Positions 25,963 through 37,000 of a DNA stretch of 40,587 bases are shown here, piece after piece (within the stretch, counting starts at the first letter, position 1; the number at the start of each line of letters is the position of its first letter). This stretch comes from an uncultured Oscillospiraceae bacterium. GTDB taxonomy: Bacteria; Bacillota; Clostridia; Oscillospirales; Oscillospiraceae. The DNA lies in assembly GCA_947632695.1 (NCBI GenBank), contig CANRQC010000001.1:1-40587 (forward strand), in the 5' to 3' direction. The notes under the pieces were generated by a model. It saw only the letters and a program-made list of their open reading frames with translations, did not search any database and was not told where the DNA came from. Made by a program: the position numbers and the translations under genes.

Positions 25963-27426
25963 ATGGCATACTCCATTATGATCCAGGGCACCATGTCCAA
26001 CGCCGGCAAGAGCCTGATTGCCGCCGGCCTGTGCCGCCTGTTCCGCCAGGACGGCTACCGGGTGGCCCCCTTCAAGAGCCAGAACATGGCCCTCAACTCC
26101 TTTATCACCGCCGACGGCGGAGAGATGGGCCGGGCCCAGGTGGTCCAGGCGGAGGCGGCGGGCATCGCCCCCGACGTGCGGATGAATCCCATTCTCCTGA
26201 AGCCCACCACCGACGTGGGCAGTCAGGTCATCGTCGCTGGGCAGGTTCAGGGCAATATGCGGGCCATGGAATACTACCGCCGGAAGCGGGATTACATCCC
26301 CGCCATTCTGGATGCCTACCGTTCCCTGGCGGCGGAGTATGAGATCATCGTCATCGAGGGAGCCGGGAGCCCGGCGGAGATCAATCTCAAGGACGACGAC
26401 ATTGTGAACATGGGCATGGCCCGCATGGCGGACGCGCCGGTGTTCCTGGTGGGCGACATCGACCGGGGCGGGGTCTTTGCCCAGCTCTACGGCACCGTGG
26501 CCCTGCTGGAACCGGAGGAGCGGGCCCGGATCAAGGGCACCATCATCAATAAATTCCGGGGGGACCGGGCCATTTTGGAGCCGGGGTTAAAGCAGCTGGA
26601 GGCCCTCTGCGGCGTGCCGGTAGCGGGAGTCGTGCCCTTTGCCCAGGTGGACATCGACGACGAGGACAGTCTCAGCAGCCGCTTTTCCCCCAGGGAGGAG
26701 CAGAAGCTGATCGATATCGCGGTGATCCGCCTGCCTCGCATCTCCAATTTCACCGACTTTTCACCTCTGGAGCGGTACGCCAACGTATCGGTACGGTATG
26801 TGGAGCGGGTGAACCAGCTGCGGCAGCCGGATCTGATCCTCCTCCCCGGCACCAAAAGCACCGTTTCCGATCTGCTTTGGCTGCGGCAGAGCGGCCTGGA
26901 GGCCGCCATATTGAAGGCGGCGGCCAGCGGCACGCCGATATTTGGGATCTGCGGCGGGTATCAGATGCTGGGCAGGACTATTTCCGACCCGGAAGGGGTG
27001 GAGGCCGGCAGCCCCCAGACGGTGCGGGGTATGGGCCTGCTGAATCTGGACACGGTTTTTCATGGGGAGAAGGTGCAGTCCCAGGTCAGCGGCAGGTTTG
27101 GCATCCTTTCCGGGCTGCTGTCTCCCCTGACCGGGCTCCGGTATCAGGGCTACGAGATCCACATGGGCCGGTCCGGGGCGGCGCTGCCCCCCATTGTCTG
27201 CCAGGGGGAGGTCTACGGCAGCTACATTCATGGGCTGTTCGACGAGCCGGGGATCGCGGACGCCCTGCTCCAATCTCTCTGCCGGAAAAAGGGCGTGGAT
27301 TTTTCCCAGCTCCAAGCCTTCGACGCCACCGCCTACAAGCAGCGCCAGTATGACAAGCTGGCCCAGGTCCTCCGGGAGAGCTTGGACATGAACCTGATCT
27401 ACAAGGCCCTGCGGAAGGAGCTATAG
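25963..27426 (+). CDS. cbiP: cobyric acid synthase
   Basis: [43 protein letters not shown]. Confidence 0.95.
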   Translation: MAYSIMIQGTMSNAGKSLIAAGLCRLFRQDGYRVAPFKSQNMALNSFITADGGEMGRAQVVQAEAAGIAPDVRMNPILLKPTTDVGSQVIVAGQVQGNMRAMEYYRRKRDYIPAILDAYRSLAAEYEIIVIEGAGSPAEINLKDDDIVNMGMARMADAPVFLVGDIDRGGVFAQLYGTVALLEPEERARIKGTIINKFRGDRAILEPGLKQLEALCGVPVAGVVPFAQVDIDDEDSLSSRFSPREEQKLIDIAVIRLPRISNFTDFSPLERYANVSVRYVERVNQLRQPDLILLPGTKSTVSDLLWLRQSGLEAAILKAAASGTPIFGICGGYQMLGRTISDPEGVEAGSPQTVRGMGLLNLDTVFHGEKVQSQVSGRFGILSGLLSPLTGLRYQGYEIHMGRSGAALPPIVCQGEVYGSYIHGLFDEPGIADALLQSLCRKKGVDFSQLQAFDATAYKQRQYDKLAQVLRESLDMNLIYKALRKEL

Positions 27427-27521
27427 CCATTGCCGCCCCAGTCAGGGCGGCAATGGTGTTTTTGCGGAAGCAGCTTTAGCTTTTGCCGCCCCCAGCTGGG
27501 GGCGGCAATGGCTGTTTTTTT
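27427..27521 (+). terminator. tandem pair of near-identical terminators
   Basis: ccattgccgccc-cagtca-gggcggcaatgg-tgttttt and ttgccgcccccag/ctgggggcggcaa-tggctgttttttt. Confidence 0.8.
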
Positions 27522-27709
27522 AGATAGGAATATTATTTTTCCTTCCTATTGGCGACGCAGTTTATTACAAACGCGATTGAATTAGACATCAATCCCGCAT
27601 TCAACAAAATTTGATTTTTTTCATCCTGAAAAATACAAAGCGCCAGACAAATAATACCTGCCAGCGCAAACGCAATGCCCCCAAACAATAAAATTCTTAT
27701 TTTGCTCAT

Positions 27710-28183
27710 TTATAAATCCTTCCCTTTCCGGCATTTTGACCGTATAACAAGGATCATTCCCAGCAGCATAAGCGGAAAAGAGATGCCAAACGCGAAACCA
27801 GAAAGCGTCTCTTGAATTTCGGTTCCGCCAATGAACTGTGAAAAGATCAGAAAAACGATTCCGGAAAGGGATACTACAATGCCAATAAGCATGAATTTCT
27901 TATTTTTAAGGTCTCGCGCTTCCTTCATCATTTGCAAAATCCGCTGATGATCGTATGGATAGATGCTCTTTTCATCTTCTTCTCCGTCAAGCAATTCCGC
28001 TACCGTAATATTTAATTCCTGACACAGCGGTTCAATAATGGAGTAATCGGGCATACACTTTCCTGTTTCCCATTTTGAAATCGTTTTATTGGAAACGCCC
28101 AGCCGTTCGGCAAGTTGCTCCTGCGTTAAATTTTGTTCTTTCCGCTTTTTGAATATAAATTTACCGATTGCGATCTGATCCAT
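27710..28183 (-). CDS. XRE-family HTH regulator with two C-terminal TM helices
   Basis: RKEQNLTQEQLAERLGVSNKTISKWETG; RBS GGAGG; low GC. Confidence 0.9.
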   Translation of the reverse strand: MDQIAIGKFIFKKRKEQNLTQEQLAERLGVSNKTISKWETGKCMPDYSIIEPLCQELNITVAELLDGEEDEKSIYPYDHQRILQMMKEARDLKNKKFMLIGIVVSLSGIVFLIFSQFIGGTEIQETLSGFAFGISFPLMLLGMILVIRSKCRKGKDL

Positions 28184-28354
28184 ATCTTCATTCCTCCAGC
28201 GTGTCTTTTGGATAGATTATACCTTTTTGCCCTGAAAACAACACCCCTTGTAAGGCGAATATGGGTGGAATGGGCATTTTATCTTGCCACCCCGGGAAGC
28301 TGTCCGTAAAATCAAGGCTTTTTTTGAGAGAAACGATTTCTATTCGCGAAAATT

Positions 28355-28379
28355 CAGGCCCCGCCGGCGGCGGGGCCTG
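28355..28379 (-). terminator. terminator of the uronate operon
   Basis: caggccccgcc-ggc-ggcggggcctg. Confidence 0.65.
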
Positions 28380-28399
28380 TTTGGTGTTTTGAAAGCGGC

Positions 28400-29245
28400 T
28401 TACACGCCGGAGTAGGCGGCAAAGCCCGCGTCGATGGGCAGCACCACGCCGGTAACGGCGCTGGAAGCCTTGTCGTCGCACAGGAAGAACACGCCGCCCA
28501 GAAGTTCCTCGCTCTCCACAAAGCGGTTCATGGGCGTCCCGGCCAGGATCTTGGCGGTCCGGGCGGTGGGGGTGCCGTCGGGGTTGAACAGCAGGGCCCG
28601 GTTCTGGTTGGACACCAGGAAGCCGGGGGCAATGGCGTTGCAGCGGATGCCGGTACCGGCAAAGTGGGTGGCCAGCCACTGTGTGAAGTTGGACACCGCC
28701 GCCTTGGCACCGGAGTAGGCGGGGATCTTGGTCAGGGGGATATAGGCGTTCATGGAGGAGATGTTCAGGATCACGCCGTGCTTCCGCTCCACCATGTCCT
28801 TAGCAAAAACCTGGGTGGGCAGCAGGGTGCCCTGGAAGTTCAGCTTGAACACGAAGTCCACGCCGCCGGCGTCCAGATCAAAGAAGGTCTTGTCGCCCTC
28901 CTTGGCCTCGTGCTGGTACTCGTTGGTGGTCTGGGCCCGGGCATTGTTGCCGCCGGCGCCGTTGAGCAGGATGTCGCAGGGGCCCAGGTCCTTCAGCACC
29001 TGCTGATGGACGGCCTCCAGGCTCTCCGGCTCCAGGACGTTGGCCTTGTAGCCCACGCAGGTGTAGCCCTCGGCCTTGCACTCGTCGGCGACCGCCTGGA
29101 CGGCGGCCTCGTTCAGGTCCAAAGCGGCGACCTTCGCGCCGGCCTGGGCAAAGGCCTTGGCCATGGTGCCGCAGAGCACGCCGCCGGCGCCGGTGATGAC
29201 CACGACTTTACCGGTGAAATCCACATTCAGGGGAAGATCGATCAT
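28400..29245 (-). CDS. uxuB: SDR-family D-mannonate oxidoreductase (fructuronate reductase)
   Basis: TGAGGVLC, NGAGGN, TKIPAYSGAK, QNRALL, AYSGV; adjacent to uxuA. Confidence 0.85.
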   Translation of the reverse strand: MIDLPLNVDFTGKVVVITGAGGVLCGTMAKAFAQAGAKVAALDLNEAAVQAVADECKAEGYTCVGYKANVLEPESLEAVHQQVLKDLGPCDILLNGAGGNNARAQTTNEYQHEAKEGDKTFFDLDAGGVDFVFKLNFQGTLLPTQVFAKDMVERKHGVILNISSMNAYIPLTKIPAYSGAKAAVSNFTQWLATHFAGTGIRCNAIAPGFLVSNQNRALLFNPDGTPTARTAKILAGTPMNRFVESEELLGGVFFLCDDKASSAVTGVVLPIDAGFAAYSGV

Positions 29246-29270
29246 TGCTAATTACCTCCAAAGGATAAAG

Positions 29271-30323
29271 TTAAACGGTTTCAATGGTGCCGCCGTTGGC
29301 CTCGATCAGGCCGTTCAGGTAGGCGCTGCCCAGGGCCCGGTCGTACAAACCGTAGCCCGGCTTGCCGGTCTCGCCCCAGATCATCCGGCCATGGTCCGGA
29401 CGGAAGTAGCCCTCAAAGCCGGTCTCCACCAGGGCCTTGACGATGGCGTTCATGTCCAGGGAGCCCGCCTGGGACAGGTGCCCGCTCTCCTCGAAGGAGG
29501 TGTCCGGCAGAATTTTCACGTTCCGCATATGCATAAAGCCAATACGGTGCATGGCGGAATACTTGCGGACCAGACGGGGAATGTCGTTGGCCGGGGAGCA
29601 GCCCAAAGAGCCGGTGCACAGGCACAGGGTGTTGGAGGGGCTGTCCACAATGGACAGATACCGGTCCAGATTCTCCTCCTTGGTGATGACCCGAGGCAGC
29701 CCGAAGATGGGGTACGGGGGATCGTCCGGATGGAGGGCCATGACCACGCCGCACTCCTCCGCCACGGGGATGACCCGCTTCAGGAAGTACTCGATGTTGG
29801 CCCAGAGGCCCTCCTCCCCCAGCTCGCTGTAGGCCCGGATCAGATCCCGGACCTGGTCCTGGGTGTAGCTGGAGTCCCAGCCGGGCAGATGGATATCGTC
29901 CTTCAGGGGGTCCAGGCCCTTCATCTGGTCCCAGTACATGACCAGGCTGGTGGAGCCGTCGGGGGCCTTCTTGTCCAGCTGAGTCCGGGTCCAGTCAAAG
30001 ACGGGCATGAAATTGTAGGTCACGCACTTGATGCCGTACTTGGCGCAGCGGCGGATGGATTCGCAGTAGTTGGCGATATGGCGGTCCCGCTCCGGGCGGC
30101 CCAGCTTGATCTCCTCGGTGACGGGGATGGACTCCACCACGTCGAAGACCAGGCCGTGTTCGGCGCACAGGTCCACCAGATGCTTGATGGATTCCTCGGG
30201 CCAGACCTCGCCGGGCTTTACGTCATAGACGGCGGACACGATGGAGCGCATACCGGGGATCTGACGGATCTCGTCTAAGGTCACGGGATCGCTCTCGCCG
30301 TACCAGCGAAACGAACTTTTCAT
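29271..30323 (-). CDS. uxuA: mannonate dehydratase
   Basis: [40 protein letters not shown]. Confidence 0.96.
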   Translation of the reverse strand: MKSSFRWYGESDPVTLDEIRQIPGMRSIVSAVYDVKPGEVWPEESIKHLVDLCAEHGLVFDVVESIPVTEEIKLGRPERDRHIANYCESIRRCAKYGIKCVTYNFMPVFDWTRTQLDKKAPDGSTSLVMYWDQMKGLDPLKDDIHLPGWDSSYTQDQVRDLIRAYSELGEEGLWANIEYFLKRVIPVAEECGVVMALHPDDPPYPIFGLPRVITKEENLDRYLSIVDSPSNTLCLCTGSLGCSPANDIPRLVRKYSAMHRIGFMHMRNVKILPDTSFEESGHLSQAGSLDMNAIVKALVETGFEGYFRPDHGRMIWGETGKPGYGLYDRALGSAYLNGLIEANGGTIETV

Positions 30324-30344
30324 AGTTTGTCTCCTTTCGGATGA

Positions 30345-31958
30345 TTATTGCGCAACGGTCTCGTCGGTGATGGTGTCCATGGCCTCCTGCAGGGACATTC
30401 CCTCGGCAATGGCCTTGCTGCGGGCGGCGTTGACCGCCTGGATCTGCTTCATCTTCTCACCGGTGAGGCTGTAGCCCTTCATGGCCCACAGCGTGGCCGC
30501 CCAGGCCAGCATGGGGATCACGCAGAACATAACGATGACCGCGATCTTAATACCCAGAGAGTAGGGCGTCGAATCGTTGGGCAGCGCGCTGACGCCGGTG
30601 CAGATCAGGAAGATCACCGCCACCAGGGTCTGGGCCAGGGAGGACACCAGCTTGTCCACCAGGCTGAACAGTGTGCCCATGATGCCGGGGATGTACTTGC
30701 CGGAGCGGTAGGTCTCATAGTCGGAGCAGTCCGCCACCATGGGGATGGGCATATCCGCTGTGGCGTAGTAAGCGCCGTAGCCAATGCCGAAGCAGATGAT
30801 GAACAGAACCGTGTAGAAGTTGACGGCTCCACCGCCTTTGTACGGGAAAGCCAGCGTGGTGTTGGGATCGCCGTGGTTATTCAGGAGCAGCAGCGCCAGC
30901 ACACCCACATAGCAGATCAGCGCCACAGAGACATAGCGAACCAGGCTGGCCTTCTGGCCCTTCTTCTGAGAGGTCCGCATACTCAGCAGGAAGAACGGCA
31001 CCGCGCAGACATAGCCCAGGACCATCATGGGCAGGTACAGGGAATTGTAGTTGCCCATCACAATGCCATACAGAGCCAGCAGCACCGTGGTGTTGGTGGC
31101 GATGGCGAGGGCCAGCTTGCAGCCGCCGCCGGCGACCATCAGCCGCTGCATGGGCTTGTTGTGAACGATGATCTCCACATATTCGGACATCTTCACCTTT
31201 TCCTGCTTGCCGCCGCCCAGGCCGTAATACTTGGAGTTGTCCTTCTCGGCAATACCGATAATGGCCAGGATGGTCAGCGCTACGGATACGGCGATACCAA
31301 TGGGGGTTATGATCTGATAGACCGTGGGGTTGGCGTAGCCGGAGATCTCCACGATCTTGTTGCCCGCCTCATCCAGCATCGGATTGCCGGCGGCATCCAG
31401 CTTATACACATCGTACATCGCCTTGATGGTGGGGATCAGGAACTGCATGACGCCCATACCCAGCAGGCTGCCCACGGTGTTGAAGATGGTAAACATGGGC
31501 CGCTGGTTGGGGTCGTTGGTCAGAACGGTCTGGCCGGCACGGGTAACGGAGGTCTGGAAGGTGTAGCCAATGACCCAGATGAAATAGATCACCGTGAAGG
31601 CCACATAGCGCAGCCACATCAAGCTCTCGGGAATCAGCGGGGTGACAATATACAGAAGAATCACGCTGACTGCCATGACGGCGCTGCCCAAAACCATAAA
31701 GGGCCGGAATTTACCAAACTTCGTATCCGTCCGGTCCATCATCGCGCCGATGATGGGGTCGGTTACGGCGTCGCACACCCGCATGATGGTAACCATCAGG
31801 GACGCGAAAATGCCTAAGTGAAGAATGTTATCGCCAAATTGTGCCACATAGGAAAGGATCAGGACGAAATAGACGTTGGTGGCGCCGTTATTCAGGGGGA
31901 AGAGTACCAACTGATATGGTTTGGCACGGTTTAAGCCCTGCTCCGCGTTATTACTCAT
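30345..31958 (-). CDS. MFS glycoside-pentoside-hexuronide (GPH) transporter
   Basis: About 12 TM helices; DAVTDPIIGAMMDRTDTKFGKFRPF; MVADCSDYE. Confidence 0.9.
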   Translation of the reverse strand: MSNNAEQGLNRAKPYQLVLFPLNNGATNVYFVLILSYVAQFGDNILHLGIFASLMVTIMRVCDAVTDPIIGAMMDRTDTKFGKFRPFMVLGSAVMAVSVILLYIVTPLIPESLMWLRYVAFTVIYFIWVIGYTFQTSVTRAGQTVLTNDPNQRPMFTIFNTVGSLLGMGVMQFLIPTIKAMYDVYKLDAAGNPMLDEAGNKIVEISGYANPTVYQIITPIGIAVSVALTILAIIGIAEKDNSKYYGLGGGKQEKVKMSEYVEIIVHNKPMQRLMVAGGGCKLALAIATNTTVLLALYGIVMGNYNSLYLPMMVLGYVCAVPFFLLSMRTSQKKGQKASLVRYVSVALICYVGVLALLLLNNHGDPNTTLAFPYKGGGAVNFYTVLFIICFGIGYGAYYATADMPIPMVADCSDYETYRSGKYIPGIMGTLFSLVDKLVSSLAQTLVAVIFLICTGVSALPNDSTPYSLGIKIAVIVMFCVIPMLAWAATLWAMKGYSLTGEKMKQIQAVNAARSKAIAEGMSLQEAMDTITDETVAQ

Positions 31959-32032
31959 ATAATCGCTCCTAACTTGATATATTTGTCATTTCCCGGCCTC
32001 CCGGCATTCGCCGAGGGGACCCATTTCCAAAC

Positions 32033-33955
32033 TCATACCCAGTTTTTGCCCACGCCCTCGCCCTTCTTCAGGACGTAATCGGGATTGGGGGCGTCCACAT
32101 GGCGGATGACCGCCTCGTCGTGGCAAGAGCCCGCGATGGCCTCCAGCTTGACCTCCCCCTTCAAGGGCACCTGGAAGGTGAAGACCTTGTCCCCCGCCAG
32201 CTCCGCCACCTGCTTGCCGTTGGCCAGGAGCTTGACCCGGCCGCAGTTGGAGTAGACCTTGACCATGGTGGTGTCCTCGCAGCGGTCCACATACCGCTTG
32301 GAGCAAATGTGGACAAAGGGCTGCTTGGTCCAGTAGGCCTTGTACAGGTAGAAGCTGTCCTTCCGGATCTTCCGGTCGAAGGTCACCAGGCCCTTGTGGT
32401 TCATGCCGGGCTCGCCGCCCTGATCCCGGGCGTCGGCGGCAAAGTCGAACATATTCCACACATGGGTGGCCCACATGAAGGGCCGCTTCTCAAAGCACTT
32501 GAGCAGGTACTCGTGGTACACGCACTGGTATTCCTCCGTCTGGTCCTCCCGCTTGGGGTGGCTGGAGTGGAGATTGGTCATGGCCTCGCAGCCGTATTCC
32601 GAGTAGCCCAGGCACCGGTTGGGGTACACCGCATGGAAGAAATCGATCCAAAGGTCGTTGAGGAACAGGCCCGGCACATACCAGCCCAGGTACAGGTTCC
32701 AGCTCACCAGGTCGGACAGGTGGGCCACCTTGTTGAAGGGGCCGCACATGGCGTAGCAGGCCAGAGTGGTGGGCCGGGTGGGATCCATCTGGTGGATCAG
32801 GTCGTTCAGGACCCGGTGATTGTCCAGCATGTCGGCCTTGTCCTTGGTGGAGATGGTGATCTCGTTGGAGATGCCCCAGGTGACGATGCTGGGATGGTTG
32901 TAGTTCTGGACGATGAGCTCCTTCATCTGGGAAATGGTGTTCTCCCGGCCGTTTGGCATATGCTCGGAGATGTAGGGGATCTCCGCCCAGACCACCATGC
33001 CTTCCTTATCGCACAGGTCGTAGAAATACTGATCGTGCTGATAGTGGGCCAGGCGGATGGTGTTCACGCCCATTTCCTTGATGATGGCCATGTCGGTTTC
33101 ATGGTGTTCCTTGGTCAAGGCGTTGCCGATGCCCTTCCAGTCCTGGTGGCGGGAAACGCCCCGGAGGGGATAGCTCCGGCCGTTGAGAAAGAAGCCCTCC
33201 TTGGGGTCCACCCGGAAGGTGCGGACGCCGAAGGAAGTGGAGATCTCGTCCTTATCTTCCCCCCCGGCGGAGAGGACGGCCTTGCAGGTGTAGAGGTAGG
33301 GGTCCTCCACCCCGTCCCACAGGTGGACCTTGGGAATGGTCAGGGTCACGTCTGTTCCCTCCCCCTCGGCGACGGTCTTTCCCTCGCCGTCCAGAAGGGC
33401 CACAGAAACCTTGCCTTTTTCGCAGTTGGTCCAGGTCTGCACCCGGACAGAGCCGTCGCTGCCCACGACAGTGGGGGTCACCGCGATGCCGGGCCCGGCA
33501 AAATAATCCATGTCAAAATGACATTTGTTTACAACAATAAGATACACGTCCCGGTAGATGCCGCCATAGAAGGTGAAGTCCGCCTTCTGAGGGTACACCC
33601 GGTCGTTGACGGAGTTGTCCGCCTCCACATACAGCTCGTTCTCTTCCTTCAGCAGCGCCGTGATGTCTGCCCGGAAGGTGGAGTAGCCGCCGTCGTGAGT
33701 CATGACGGTGGTTCCGTTGAGGACCACCTTGGCCGAGGCGTTGACGCCCCGGAACTCCAGATAGACGACTTCCCGCTCCGAATCAAATTCGGGCTTGGGG
33801 AAGGTCTTGCTGTAGCAGCAGGTGCCTCTCCAGTAGTCGTTGCCGCCGTCCTGGCCGTCGATATTGTTCCAGGTGTGGGGAATGTCCACATCCTGAACGG
33901 TCCCGTCGTGGTAGGTAAATTTCCAGCCTTGGTTGAGTAGGGTTTGCTTGCGCAT
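32033..33955 (-). CDS. GH2 glycoside hydrolase, probable beta-glucuronidase
   Basis: FYGGIYR, GVSRHQD, RLAHY, WGISNE (acid/base), SEYG (nucleophile), NHKG = NxKG glucuronate motif; RBS AAAGGAG. Confidence 0.88.
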   Translation of the reverse strand: MRKQTLLNQGWKFTYHDGTVQDVDIPHTWNNIDGQDGGNDYWRGTCCYSKTFPKPEFDSEREVVYLEFRGVNASAKVVLNGTTVMTHDGGYSTFRADITALLKEENELYVEADNSVNDRVYPQKADFTFYGGIYRDVYLIVVNKCHFDMDYFAGPGIAVTPTVVGSDGSVRVQTWTNCEKGKVSVALLDGEGKTVAEGEGTDVTLTIPKVHLWDGVEDPYLYTCKAVLSAGGEDKDEISTSFGVRTFRVDPKEGFFLNGRSYPLRGVSRHQDWKGIGNALTKEHHETDMAIIKEMGVNTIRLAHYQHDQYFYDLCDKEGMVVWAEIPYISEHMPNGRENTISQMKELIVQNYNHPSIVTWGISNEITISTKDKADMLDNHRVLNDLIHQMDPTRPTTLACYAMCGPFNKVAHLSDLVSWNLYLGWYVPGLFLNDLWIDFFHAVYPNRCLGYSEYGCEAMTNLHSSHPKREDQTEEYQCVYHEYLLKCFEKRPFMWATHVWNMFDFAADARDQGGEPGMNHKGLVTFDRKIRKDSFYLYKAYWTKQPFVHICSKRYVDRCEDTTMVKVYSNCGRVKLLANGKQVAELAGDKVFTFQVPLKGEVKLEAIAGSCHDEAVIRHVDAPNPDYVLKKGEGVGKNWV

Positions 33956-34013
33956 GGGCGTCTCTCCTTTCACAAAGTGCAAAGATACCTGCCCCGCCGG
34001 ACAGGTGCGAACC

Positions 34014-34037
34014 CTGGCGCCCCCGAAGGGGCGCCAG
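34014..34037 (-). other. intergenic hairpin between GH3 and GH2
   Basis: ctggcgcccc-cgaa-ggggcgccag; no T-tract, so possibly an mRNA-stabilising stem. Confidence 0.5.
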
Positions 34038-34058
34038 AGTCGGGATCAATAGGGGAGA

Positions 34059-37000
34059 TTATTTCTTCTTGGGCTTCAGGAAGGAATCCACGATCAGCGC
34101 CACGCAGGCCACCACGAAGAGGACCACGCTGACGATGACCACATAGAAGACATTCCAGCCTTCGGTGTTGCCCTGGTTGTAGGAGAACAGGCCGGCGATC
34201 ATCAGCACCCGGGCAGCCAGGGTATTGCCCAGCGCGTAGACGAACAGCAGCACGGCGCCCACGGAGGAGGCCAGGCTCACATAGTCGTTTTTCACCAGGT
34301 ACGCGACGGCGCAGAGCGCGACGCCAACCACGCCCGCGACGATCAGCAGCGGCAGATCCGTCAAGGCATTGGCGGTACTCATGGTGCTGGAGATAATCAT
34401 GGCGATCACACCGGCCAGGCCGGCCACGCCAGCCACCAGCGCGATCACGGAGCCCTTCTTCACGGTCTGCTTGTCGTTCCGGACGGCAAAGACATACATC
34501 GCGCCGCACAGGACCATCAGGATAGCGGAGACGGCAATGATGGCATAGTAGGTAGCCCGCCACCAGGTCATCACGGAGACGATCTTGGTGGTGCTGTTGT
34601 ACCGGTTCATCAGATGGCTCTCAGACAGGGCGAAGAGGATCTTGTGGACGGAATCCTTCACCGCCAGCTGCAAGGTCGCGTCGCCGTTCAGAAGGGTCTC
34701 GCTGACCTTGTTGCCGTCCACCTGGCCCTGGAACAGGAAGGAGTTCTCCAGGGTGGTGCTGGTGTAGAAGCCGGACTGGCCACGGGTATCGTAGCAGGTG
34801 ACGCCGGAGGACAGCACCGCGCCGTACAGGTCGGTGTCATCGTAAATGTCCGTAACGGCATAGCCGATGAAGCCCCATTCCTTCTGGAGGATCTCGGTCA
34901 TCAGGCCCTTACTGGTGGTGCATTCGATGCCGCCGATCTTGGAGAAGGAGGTCATCAGGCCACGCATACCGGCATTGTAGTCGGCGGTGTCGTACTTGGT
35001 GGCTTCAAAAGCGTACTGGTAGGCGCGAAGCTCCACCTCACGGGCACGCTGCTCGGTCATGTAGGGGGACACGCCGCCACGCTCGGATTCCTGATCGTTA
35101 AAGGCGAAGTGCTTGGGCGCGGCAACCAGGCCGTAGTCCAGAGCGCCGATGGCAAACTCCATCGCGGCAACGCCGGACAGGATGGGATCCTCGGAGTAGT
35201 ACTCGCCGTTCCGGCCGTTGTAAGCGTGCCGGTGGGTGTTCAGGCCGGGGCCCCACAGGATGGGAATGCCCACGAACAGGGACTCTTCACCGGTGAACTC
35301 GCCCAGGCGCCGCATCAGATCGGGATTGAAGGTGGAAGCGGCCATGGGAGCGTTGGCAAACACTTCGGGATGCCAGTTGCCGTTGGGATCGGTAGCGGGA
35401 ATGTTCCAGGGGGCGCCGGTATCCTTGGAGGCGTTCAAGTTCACCGCCACGCCGTTGCCGGCGTTCTCGGTAACGTAGGTCTCCACGATGCCGATGGACT
35501 CCAGAGCCGGGAAGGTGGGGCCGCCGAAGGTGGCCAGATACTGGGCTTCCTTCAGGGTCAGCTGATCCAGCAGCTGGTCCCACTTGGGATCGTCGTAGTC
35601 GGTGCCGTACATCTCATAGAAGTTGATGCCGCTGTCCTTGCCCCAGGTGATGCCGGAGACGTCGTCATCAGTCTTGATGGTGTACAGGTGGCCGTTCAGA
35701 TCGTCGATCAGATCCTGGTTGGTCAGGGTCATGGAATCATAGGTCTTGGGGAAGGTGCCGGCCCAGTCGGTACGGGACAGGTAGGTGACCTCGCCGGGCT
35801 GGTAGTAGTTCCAGTCGGAGTAAGGCAGCTGGTTGGAGATCTTGGCGCCGGTCTTGGAGATACCAAAAGCGGTGCGGGAAATGAAGCTCTCGTCGATGGT
35901 CTTCTTATAAGCCATGGCGGCGACGCCCTCGCCGGAGAGCTTGTCGGCAGCCACGCCCTGGGCGGCCAGAATGTTGTTCAGAGCCAGGTGGGCGCCGTTG
36001 CCGGCGGCGAAGTAGTAGTCGCCGGGATCCATGACGTAGGTGCCGTAGGTGCCGTCGCCGTTGTCATACTCCTCGTCATAGCTGGCGATGTACTGCAGAT
36101 CCACCACCACGGTGACCACTTCGGACTCGCCGGGCTGGAGGACAGAGGACTTCTCAAAGTTGAGGAGCTGGATGGCGGACTTCTCCAGGCCGCCCTCGGT
36201 ATAAGGAGCCTGGCCATAGATCTGCACGGAGGTCTTGCCGGCCACATTGCCGGTGTTGGTGACCTTCACGTTGAAGGTGGCGGTGGCGGTGGGCACGCCC
36301 TTCTCGTCCACGGTGGCGGAGAATACCGGCTCGCCCTCAAACTCCTGGGTGAAGGTGGTGTAGCTCAGGCCATAGCCAAAGCCGTAGGCCACTTCGTTGT
36401 CGTAGTTCCACTCGGTGGTGGAGGCGTAAGCGCCCACGGGAGAAGTGGCGTTGCCCTTGCCCATCACCGCGTCGTAGTACCGGGTCTCATAGTACCGGTA
36501 GCCGACGTACATACCTTCGGCCTCGATCACATAGGCGCCGGGGGTGAAGCTCAGCACGCCGCCGGAACGGGTGATGACGTCGGAGGTGTTGGTGTAGTAG
36601 TACTTGCCCATGTTCTGCATGGCGGGGGCGGACATGTTGTAAGTAGCGAAAATGTCGAACAGACCGCCGGAGGGGCTGACCTTGCCGGAGAGGATGTCGG
36701 CCACGCCCAGCATGCCGTAGGCGCCGGGAGCGCCGATCCACATGATGGCGTCGATGTCGGGATCGTTCTTCAGATCGCCGATCTCTACGGCAGAGGAGCT
36801 GCTGATCAGGACGATGACCTTGTCGGAGCACTGCTTAGCGGTCTCAATGATGTCCCGCTCGTTCTTGGTCAGAGCCAGAGGCTCCTCGAAGCCCAGGCCT
36901 TCCACCACGCCGCCGGGCAGGTAGTCGGTCTGCTCCGCGCTGGGCCGGGCCAGAACCACGATAGCCGCGTCGCCATACTGAGCGAAGCTGGAGGCATAGT

